Shown here piece after piece: positions 39,164 through 49,691 of a DNA stretch of 64,000 nucleotides. Made by a program: the position numbers and the translations under genes. Location: positions 27,782,401 to 27,846,400 of the forward strand of contig CM120641.1 of assembly GCA_051362555.1 (NCBI GenBank), read 5' to 3'. Below the pieces are notes generated by a model, which worked only from the letters and a program-made list of their open reading frames with translations, had not been told where the DNA came from and did no database searches. This DNA is from Lingula anatina. Taxonomy: Eukaryota; Animalia; Brachiopoda. Numbering within the stretch: the first letter of the stretch is position 1; each line of letters begins with the position of its first letter.

Positions 39164-42100
39164 CTCACCCAAAAATACTTACTTTCTACTTACATAGGTA
39201 CGTGCCTTGACAAGGTAAACCATTTCGTGAATGTGGATATGTGCTTGTGGGTTCTGGGATTGTGGTCTGTGCCTGGGGGATTCCACCCGTCTGAGAAATG
39301 CAGCTAAGGGCGTCTTCATGTCATCATCTTCTTTATCCTTGAAAGGGAGATTTAAAGAGATTAGTTACCGGTCTCAAACTTTAACCCCTCACCCAAAAAT
39401 ACTTACTTTCTACTTACATAGGTCCCTGGCCAATGGCTGTGTGTCGTCTTTGTCCTGCCAAAGTGAACGGTCTCGTGAATGTGGCCAAGGGCTTGTGGGT
39501 CCTGGGATGTGTGTCGTGCCTGGGGGATTCCACCCGTCTGAGAAATGCAGCTAAGGGCGTCTTCATGTCATCATCTTCTATTACCTTGAATAAGAGATTT
39601 AAAGAAATTAGTTACCGGTCTCAAACTTTAACCCCCAACCCAATAATACTTACTTTCTACTTACATAGGTTCCTGGTAAATGGCTGTGTGCAGTCTTTGC
39701 CTTGTCAAAGTGAACCATCTCGTGAATGTGGCCAAGGGCTTGTGGGTCCTGGGATGTGGTCTGTGCCTGGGGGATTCCACCCGTCTGAGAAATGCAGCTA
39801 AGGGCGTCTTCATGTCATCATCTTCTTTATCCTTGAAAGGGAGATTTAAAGAGATTAGTTACCGGTCTCAAACTTTAACCCCTCACCCAAAAATACTTAC
39901 TTTCTACTTACATAGGTCCGTGCCTTGACAAGATAAACCATTTCGTGAATGTGGAATTGTGCTTGTGGGTTCTGGGATTGTGGTCTGTGCCTGGGGGATT
40001 CCACCCGTCTGAGAAATGCGGCTAAGGGCGTCTTCATGTCATCATCTTCTTTATCCTTGAAAGGGAGATTTAAATAAGTAAGTTCCGGTCTCAAACTTTC
40101 ACCCCCAACCCAATAATACTTACTTTCTACTTACATAGGTCCCTGGCCAATGGCTGTGTGTCGTCTTTGCCTTGCCAAAGTGAACCATCTCGTGAATGTG
40201 GCCAAGAACTGTGGGTCCTGGGATTGTGGTCTGTGCCTGGGGGATTCCACCCGTCTGAGATATGCGGCTAAGGGCGTCTTCATGTCATCATCTTCTTTAT
40301 CCTTGAAAGGGAGATTTAAAGAGATTAGTTACCGGTCTCAAACTTTAACCCCCAACCCAATAATACTTACTTTCTACTTACTTATGCCCGTGCCTTGCCA
40401 AAGTAAACCATTTCGTGAATGTGGATATGTGCTTGTGGGTTCTGGGATTGTGGTCTGTGCCTGGGGGATTCCACCCCTCTGAGAAATGCAGCTAAGGGCG
40501 TCATCATGTCATCATCTTCTTTATCCTTGAAAGGGAGATTTAAATAAGTAAGTTCCGGTCTCAAACTTTCACCCCTCACCCAAAAATACTTACTTTCTAC
40601 TTACATAGGTCCCTGGCAAATGGCTTTGTGTCGTCTTTGCCTTGTCAAAGTGAACCGTCTCGTGAATGTGGCCAAGGGCTTGTGGGTCCTGGGATGTTGT
40701 CTGTGCCTGGGGGATTCCACCCGTCTGAGAAATGCAGCTAAGGGCGTCTTCATGTCATCATCTTCTATTACCTTGAATAAGAGATTTAAAGAAATTAGTT
40801 CCCGGTCTCAAACTTTAACCCCCAACCCAATTATACTTACTTTCTACTTACTTATGCCCGTGCCTTGCCAAAGTAAACCATTTCGTGAATGTGGATATGT
40901 GCTTGTGTCCTGGGATGTGGTCTGTGCCTGGGGGATTCAACCCGTCTGAGATGTGCGGCTAATGGCGTCTTCATGTCATCATCTTCTATAACCTTGAAGA
41001 AGAGATTTAAAGAAATTAGTTACCGGTCTCAAACTTTAACCCCCAACCCAATAATACTTACTTTCTACTTACATAGGTTCCTGGCCAATGGCTGTGTGCA
41101 GTCTTTGCCTTGTCATCATCTTCTATAACCTTGAAGAAGAGATTTAAAGAGATTAGTTACCGGTCTCAAACTTTAACCCCTCACCCAAAAATACTTACTT
41201 TCTACTTACATAGGTCCCTGGCCAATGGCTGTGTATCGTCTTTGCCTTGTCAAAGTGAACCATCTCGTGAATGTGGCCAAGGACTTGTGGGTCCTGGGAT
41301 TGTGGTCTGTGCCTGGGGGATTCCACCCGTCTGAGAAATGCGGCTAAGGGCGTCTTCTTGTCATCATCTTCTTTATCCTTGAAAGGGAGATTTAAAGAGA
41401 TTAGTTACCGGTCTCAAACTTTAACCCCCAACCCAATAATACTTACTTTCTACTTACATAGGTTCCTGGCCAATGGCTGTGTGCAGTCTTTGCCTTGTCA
41501 AAGTGAACCATCTAGTGAATGTGGCCAAGGGCTTGTGGGTCCTGGGATTGTGTTCTGTGCCTGGGGGATTCCACCCGTCTGAGAAATGCAGCTAAGGGCG
41601 TCTTCTTGTCATCATCTTCTTTATCCTTGAAAGGGAGATTTAAAGAGATTAGTTACCGGTCTCAAACTTTAACCCCCAACCCAATAATACTTACTTTCTA
41701 CTTACATAGGTTCCTGGCCAATGGCTGTGTGCAGTCTTTGCCTTGTCAAAGTGAACCATCTCGTGAATGTGGCCAAGGGCTTGTGGGTCCTGGGATTGTG
41801 TCTGTGCCTGGGGGATTCCACCCGTCTGAGAAATGCAGCTAAGGGCGTCTTCATGTCATCATCTTCTATTACCTTGAATAAGAGATTTAAAGAAATTAGT
41901 TCCCGGTCTCAAACTTTAACCCCCAACCCAATTATACTTACTTTCTACTTACTTATGCCCGTGCCTTGCCAAAGTAAACCATTTCGTGAATGTGGATATG
42001 TGCTTGTGTCCTGGGATGTGGTCTGTGCCTGGGGGATTCAACCCGTCTGAGATGTGCGGCTAATGGCGTCTTCATGTCATCATCTTCTATAACCTTGAAG

Positions 42101-44304
42101 AAGAGATTTAAAGAAATTAGTTACCGGTCTCAAACTTTAACCCCCAACCCAATAATACTTACTTTCTACTTACATAGGTTCCTGGCCAATGGCTGTGTGC
42201 AGTCTTTGCCTTGTCATCATCTTCTATAACCTTGAAGAAGAGATTTAAAGAGATTAGTTACCGGTCTCAAACTTTAACCCCTCACCCAAAAATACTTACT
42301 TTCTACTTACATAGGTCCCTGGCCAATGGCTGTGTATCGTCTTTGCCTTGTCAAAGTGAACCATCTCGTGAATGTGGCCAAGGACTTGTGGGTCCTGGGA
42401 TTGTGGTCTGTGCCTGGGGGATTCCACCCGTCTGAGAAATGCGGCTAAGGGCGTCTTCTTGTCATCTTCTTTATCCTTGAAAGGGAGATTTAAAGAGATT
42501 AGTTACCGGTCTCAAACTTTAACCCCTCACCCAAAAATACTTACTTTCTACTTACATAGGTCCCTGGCCAATGGCTGTGTGTCGTCTTTGTCCTGCCAAA
42601 GTGAACGGTCTCGTGAATGTGGCCAAGGGCTTGTGGGTCCTGGGATGTGGTCTGTGCCTGGGGGATTCCACCCGTCTGAGGAATGCAGCTAAGGGCGTCT
42701 TCATGTCATCATCTTCTATTACCTTGAATAAGAGATTTAAAGAAATTAGTTACCGGTCTCAAACTTTAACCCCCAACCCAATAATACTTACTTTCTACTT
42801 ACATAGGTTCCTGGCCAATGGCTGTGTGCAGTCTTTGCCTTGTCAAAGTGAACCATCTCGTGAATGTGGCCAAGGGCTTGTGGGTCCTGGGATTGTGTTC
42901 TGTGCCTGGGGGATTCCACCCGTCTGAGAAATGCAGCTAAGGGCGTCTTCTTGTCATCATCTTCTTTATCCTTGAAAGGGAGATTTAAAGAGATTAGTTA
43001 CCGGTCTCAAACTTTAACCCCCAACCCAATAATACTTACTTTCTACTTACATAGGTTCCTGGCCAATGGCTGTGTGCAGTCTTTGCCTTGTCAAAGTGAA
43101 CCATCTCGTGAATGTGGCCAAGGGCTTGTGGGTCCTGGGATTGTGTCTGTGCCTGGGGGATTCCACCCGTCTGAGAAATGCAGCTAAGGGCGTCTTCATG
43201 TCATCATCTTCTATTACCTTGAATAAGAGATTTAAAGAAATTAGTTCCCGGTCTCAAACTTTAACCCCCAACCCAATTATACTTACTTTCTACTTACTTA
43301 TGCCCGTGCCTTGCCAAAGTAAACCATTTCGTGAATGTGGATATGTGCTTGTGTGTCCTGGGATGTGGTCTGTGCCTGGGGGATTCAACCCGTCTGAGAT
43401 GTGCGGCTAATGGCGTCTTCATGTCATCATCTTCTATAACCTTGAAGAAGAGATTTAAAGAAATTAGTTACCGGTCTCAAACTTTAACCCCTCACCCAAA
43501 AATACTTACTTTCTACTTACATAGGTCCCTGGCCAATGGCTGTGTGTCGTCTTTGTCCTGCCAAAGTGAACGGTCTCGTGAATGTGGCCAAGGGCTTGTG
43601 GGTCCTGGGATGTGGTCTGTGCCTGGGGGATTCCACCCGTCTGAGAAATGCAGCTAAGGGCGTCTTCATGTCATCATGTTCTTTATCCTTGAAAGGGAAA
43701 TTTAAATAAGTAAGTTCCGGTCTCAAACTTTCACCCCCAACCCAATAATACTTACTTTCTACTTACATAGGTTCCTGGCCAATGGCTGTGTGAGGTCTTT
43801 GCCTTGCCAAAGTGAACCGTCTCGTGAATGTGGCCAAGGGCTTGTGGGTCCTGGGATGTGGTCTGTGCCTGGGGGATTCCACCCGTCTGAGAAATGCAGC
43901 TAAGGGCGTCTTCATGTCATCATCTTCTATTACCTTGAATAAGAGGTTTAAAGAAATTAGTTCCCGGTCTCAAACTTTAATCCCCAACCCAATAATACTT
44001 ACTTTCTACTTACTTATGCCCGTGCCTTGCCAAAGTAAACCAATTCGTGAATGTGGATATGTGCTTGTGGGTCCTGGGATGTGGCCTGTGCCTGGGGGAT
44101 TCAACCCGTCTGAGATGTGCGGCTAATGGCGTCTTCATGTCATCATCTTCTATAACCTTGAAGAGATTTAAAGAGATTAGTTACCGGTCTCAAACTTTAA
44201 CCCCTCACCCAAATATACTTACTTTCTACTTACATAGGTCCCTGGCCAATGGCTGTGTGTCGTCTTTGCCTTGTCAAAGTGAACCGTCTAATGAATGTGG
44301 CCAA
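39164..44304. repeat. Tandem array of 23 units (mostly 221-248 bp, two of 137 bp) with higher-order structure
   Basis: TACTTACTTTCTACTTAC and CCGGTCTCAAACTTT recur in every unit; long, short and deleted variants; 1101-bp higher-order duplication (40852/41953, 41073/42174). Confidence 0.97.
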
Positions 44305-45689
44305 TGTAGGTCTTCAACATCGGCCGCCCCAGATGAAACCTTAGAAGATGCTAAGATTACTACACAACTAATTGTGTCTGAAAAAAAACGACTAGAAAGT
44401 GGGAAAATGACAGTGGAATAACAACATACCAGTAGGCTACTTCAAGCCGCCATCAAAACAACAAAGAAATGCCGAGAAACATGGCAGTGGAAGAAACTGT
44501 GTGAATAAAGGCCTGATAGCACCAGACGAGAACCGAAATAGGCAATATATATATTTCCAGGTCCAAGTTTTCTTTCTTTTTAGAGAAGAAATGGTATCCT
44601 GCGAAGGTTATTCGACGAGCAGGCGATGAGCGTTACGCTGTTTGAGCAAACATTTTCCTGAGCGATGACTCCGGGCCCGTGAGACGAAGCGTCGAACTCC
44701 GAGAGGACGACGGAAAACGTAGTGCTTCGTGTACTGCGGTGCAAGGAACAATATCCTGAAGAGCGATGCGTTTGCGTAGGATGAAAACGGGATTTGAAGA
44801 CGGGTCCCCAAAGAAATGCAGCTTGACATCCTCCCTGTTCTTCTGTCCGCCGTTGAGTGATCACAAGTTCGTAATTTCGCGCTCTTATTCTTTCAAATAG
44901 CCGTGTGGGGGCGTAGTTGTCGTAAATATGTTGTCAATTTGAACTCGGGGGTGTCGTAGGACAGTGAGACCGAAATAACATTGTATTTCATGTACACTTA
45001 CCTATAAAATACATTTATCATTGTTGTTTCTCGAGTCCTTTTTATTCAAAAAAAGAAATAAATATGTATTAATTTGGAAGAGAACAAGCAAATGTGATAA
45101 TGACTTCAGAAGAAAATCATACCCAACCCCCTAATTGCCGCAATGTACTTGGAAGACGTCGACCTAATGTCCACCATGACGGTTAGTTACAATACCGCAG
45201 GCCATTTGAGAGGCCATGTGCACGTACATGTGAACAGTGATCCACATTGAGTTGTTTACACTGAGAAATCTGGTGCAACCGAGGTTCGTTCCGAGGCTGT
45301 CGCTTTAAAAGTCAGACTAACGCGAAATTAAAAGAATCTTAGATGCATATTCATAAGAGCCTTACACACAAAGCTGAACTAGAATAGCCTATACATGTAG
45401 AATGAAGGGTCCCATGTTGCACATTTCAGACTTGACAACGTCCCACTTACGACTGAAACCGGGATATATGTATATGTATACACTAAGACTAACCCATCAT
45501 GTGGAAATTACCAATTATTTCACAGATGTTTTTATTTTATTTTATTTACATGAAAACAAAAATCTCCCATACATCTACAAGTATAGGGTATGCTATTTTT
45601 AGGAATAAATATGGATTATTTCCTCCTGTATCACTGATATGAACCCTCTCCGTGAAGTAAAAGCACATATATACTCCAAAGGTTATATA

Positions 45690-45691
<2 letters not shown>

Positions 45692-45720
<29 letters not shown>

Positions 45721-45721
45721 C

Positions 45722-45753
<32 letters not shown>
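45692..45753. repeat. (AC)n(AG)n compound microsatellite
   Basis: Direct reading of sequence. Confidence 0.95.
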
Positions 45754-45756
<3 letters not shown>

Positions 45757-47339
45757 AAGACCGTTCTGTGATGATGGGCCAACAGAGCAAGTGCACTTTT
45801 TCTTCCACTGTTCAATTTATGATGACGACATTAAACTGCCTATCTTTGGTTACTCAATGGACTGGATAAATAATATGAACGATATATATAGACGTAAAAA
45901 ATTTACATGACGATGTACACCGGAAAACCGACCAAGTATTTGACACGCCATGTGCATGCTTGGCGAAAAAAATAAAATCAATGATTATTATTTATCTAGA
46001 TGACCGTTTATTTATTGTTATTATTATTATTTTATTATAAATTGTTGTTCTTGATAAAGATGACATGTTGTGGTGAAAGATGGGTCCACCAGGACGGAAA
46101 ACCCATGTCACCATAAGAAAAAAATCTTCTTCTAGTCTCTTAATCTCAAACAGACTGCACCACACTGAAACCGACCGGTTTTAGGGGCACATTCCCAGTG
46201 AAATTATCGTTCTACTTAAATCGACCCAACTCTACGGGACTCTAAATGCAGTCAGATTAACACGCCTTCTCGCATTACAAAAAATCTGGAATATACCAGT
46301 GCGTTGGAAACAAGAGGCGGCGTAGGATTAGGTATTTAAATTGTAAGTGATAATAGTGATAATCATTCTGCATATACCCATGCTACATGTATATTTGTAT
46401 AATAGGGTATTCGAAGCGCTGGACACTCTCTCTCTCCTTGGGCGAAGGTTCTCTATCTATTTCTCAACGTATGTTTTGTTTAAATGGAGGCCAAAACTGT
46501 CACAACTCAGAGCCTTTATGTGGCCATTAATTTACTGTTAGTATACTAATGTCTATATTGATTCTACTACAGTAGATAACCATTTATTATCATTATCTTT
46601 TCGAGAAAAGCGCTTGACTTGATTTTTTATTACGTTAAGCGCATTATTATTTCATTTATGCATCCATTCAATTTACATAAGTGCAGGTCACTAAAGACGA
46701 TAAAATTAGAGAGTGAAAATGTGTTTGCCAATATTTTCAGAACAGGGAATCATTTATTATATCACATGATTCCAAAATGCTAGGTTTATAATCAGTTTAT
46801 GGAAGAAGATGTATTTCTTGTACCCATCTCGAGGACCACAGATAAATTTGTTTCGATTTATTCAAAGATAGTGCTCGGGCAATTATGTGTGCTTTCCTTA
46901 ACAGCGAGTATTTTTGCATATAATTCACGTCATCACTCAGCTTGCCTCTGTCAGAGAGCATTTTTCTTGTATTTATCCTCACTTACCTATTTTATAAATA
47001 CATATTTTAATTAAAATGTGCTTTTTGCTATTAAGGGATACGATATTTTCGAAGCATTTAAATGAGAATCCCAAACAGTAAATCGTTACTTCATAGAAAT
47101 CACTTTAATCGTAAATTATACTGAAATGAAATAGCTTGAAATAAATGGCTAAGTGAAATGTTTAGCACCATGGCTCCTTCCTCAATCCGAAGAAAGAATA
47201 GCCAACATAAAAACAATCAAATATAATCAAATGACAAAAAAAATTTTTTTTAAATTTTTCGTTAGTATTTTTCATCATGTCAATTCATTTTAAACCGATA
47301 CTATTCCATAGTAAATGTACATGTAGCACATCAACATTA

Positions 47340-49646
47340 TCAGCACCATCCCGGTGTCCAAACTCCCCCAAAATTGTTCGGGTTTCCTTTGTTATCATCC
47401 GGTGGGTCATTCGCTGGTACCATCTCTTGCTGTGCCAGTTTCAACTTCTTCTTCATCTCTTGCACAACTTGGGGCATGGTTTGGACCAAATTTTTGTGCT
47501 CCGTAGGATCATCTACGGGGGAAGAAGAAATTCAGAACAATACAACGATGTAAGATGTAACAAAACGATATACTATACGTAATCTGCGTAACATTTAAAA
47601 GGTACTCTATAATTTACCTACCAAAATAAATTTTACTGCTCACTAACGATTGCTCAACCCGTCACTGCTCTTGGATTCGATGTTTTATTTTATTTTTTCA
47701 TTCAGTGATTTAGTTCTAAATAACTAGTCAATCTTTCTGTACATTTCAAAGGAAACTGTTGACGTCAGTCACTTTAATTGGGGGGGGGTATATTTTTTTA
47801 AGGTCTGCACACAGAATAAGTGGCCTTGAAAAAATCAAACGCGTAAAGTATACCCTTAAGCGTTTAACTGGAAGGAACTTCCCAACAAGCAATTGCAGAA
47901 ATATATAGTATTTTATTTAAAAAAAACATACCCTTTATATTATACAGTCCATGCCCTGAATATCCTGGTGAAGTTTTTGATTTCTGCATGTATTTGTGGA
48001 AGGCATCAAGGCTGTCTTTGTCATGATCCAAGTTCAGATATTCTTGGGACTGTTGCACCTTTGGTGGTTCAGCCCAACCACTGAACAGCCCAGGGAATCC
48101 TTCGACGTACTTGTAATCGCCGACTCTAAAAATGTACCATGGTCAAGAACTCATCATATGCCAAAAGATTATATCAGTGTACGATCATCTGGAGCTTGGG
48201 AAAATCCATTGACCACCCTGAATTTCGTTTTAGGGGTCTAATATTGAGGAGGGGAGTTCCCAGCGTCCTTTAAAACACGGACTCAGGGATGGGGAGGGGT
48301 AGCAGACTCGGAGGAGGGGGGATCTGCAGCAGTTCTGGGATTTGAACCTTGCTTACAAACGCACAATACACTAAAGATTGTCATTAAGCACTTCACTCAG
48401 TGTTTTCTTAGAATTATAATATACTGTACAGAGTACATATTTGGTGCAGATAGGATTCCATGTAATACAAAAATTTAATGAATTAATAATAGTACCTGAT
48501 AGCGGCATGCCCTTGGAGTGAAGGGGATTTATTGTCTAAGTGATAGACGAACTCTGTTCTAGCGGAATCTATTCCAAGCTTCAGCATAGGCCACAGGTTC
48601 ATACTGTCCATGTTGATGTTTGCAGCTAAAGATATGAAAAAAATCATATTCATAAAGAAACTCCAAACGTTTTATGAATTGTAACTCTATTAATCCTTTT
48701 GAAGTGTAAATTGTTTGTCTGAATTATACTCAACAATCTTTATGAAAAATTACCTGGAGAGCCTCCAGCAACCGCCAAAAAGGTTTGGAACCAATCGACA
48801 GCGTGGAATTTTCTGGAATGTACATAACTGTTTATTCTTTTTCGCCCTCATTTTTTTCGATACTCAGTAACTGTCTCTAATAAATGTGACCCAGTTTGTC
48901 TGTCCACGAGCAAAATAAAGACTAGACTTGAAAGACGACATATATACAGCAAAGAAAAATATTTAATACGAGGAAATCTGAACAAGAGGAGTGGCGGAAG
49001 TGTCTCACGAAAATTCTTTAAAGTTATAGGTCTAAGACACAAAATATCTTAATCTGAAACCGAAAGCTTAAGGCCAACTTTGCATCTTACATTTAATTAA
49101 GGAGGTATAAGTTAATTTGATCTCAAATCTAAGCAGCTCTGTCCTTTTTATTTTACCCAAAGATTCGCCGTTACCTACCCGTTGTGCCTGTACCCCGTCT
49201 TCTGTAGCATAGGGCCGTGGACGAATGCAACCGCTCTGGTGCCACCTTCCCAAATACTCGCCTTGGAACCTCGAAGGGGAAAGTTGTTCCCTCCCCGGAA
49301 AGGGCTACCTCCATTCTTTAATTAAAGAGCAATAAACACAGAAATATTCGGGTCATTTTTAGCGTTCTTATTCAGACACTGTCAGATTTTAAAATATTAT
49401 TATTCTCTGTTTTTTCGCCAAGTAGAATGTTCTGCATCACATGAAATTTATTGAATTTGAAACAGTAGTACACAATATGTATACTGGTATATGACATACT
49501 CACATCAGACGTGAAAGCTATCAGAGTGTTGTCATAGAGTCCTGCTTCTTTGAGTGCAGTTGTGATGTTTCCAATTGCTTCATCCATAGCACTTACCATA
49601 CCTGTCGATTAATGACTTTAAGTTTACAAGAATGTAATATTATTGA

Positions 49647-49691
<45 letters not shown>

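Larger units (their letters stand above)
37236..44377 (-). ncRNA. Candidate multi-exon spliced long non-coding transcript (or decayed repetitive gene) including the tandem exon array
   Basis: 23 repeated exon-like units with canonical splice signals, plus downstream exon-like blocks 38555-38784, 38079-38313, 37750-37875 and one starting at 37587. No continuous ORF under the standard code. Transcription is not demonstrated. Confidence 0.4.

Noticed and set aside
39194-44156. Hammerhead retrozyme satellite or C/D snoRNA cluster
   Set aside because: CTGANGA appears in only one unit (~42676) with no matching GAAA/stem layout; minus-strand ATGATGA has no partner CTGA D box and lies in the exon-like part.
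39194-44156. Selenoprotein P-like poly-UGA reading (RR-TGA-TGA-H) of the array exons
   Set aside because: That frame has TAA in all GATAAAG-type units, is broken by the same indels, and no SECIS was recognised.
39164-44304. CRISPR-like array or Cys-rich plus-strand proteins from the many overlapping ORFs
   Set aside because: Units are ~240-bp whole repeats without unique spacers in a eukaryotic locus; plus-strand ORFs shift frame every unit and most units lack a plus-strand donor.
44577-44645. Tudor-like peptide LEKKWYPAKVIRRAGDERYAV on the plus strand
   Set aside because: Only ~22 codons before a stop, with no supporting exon structure; chance or a remnant.
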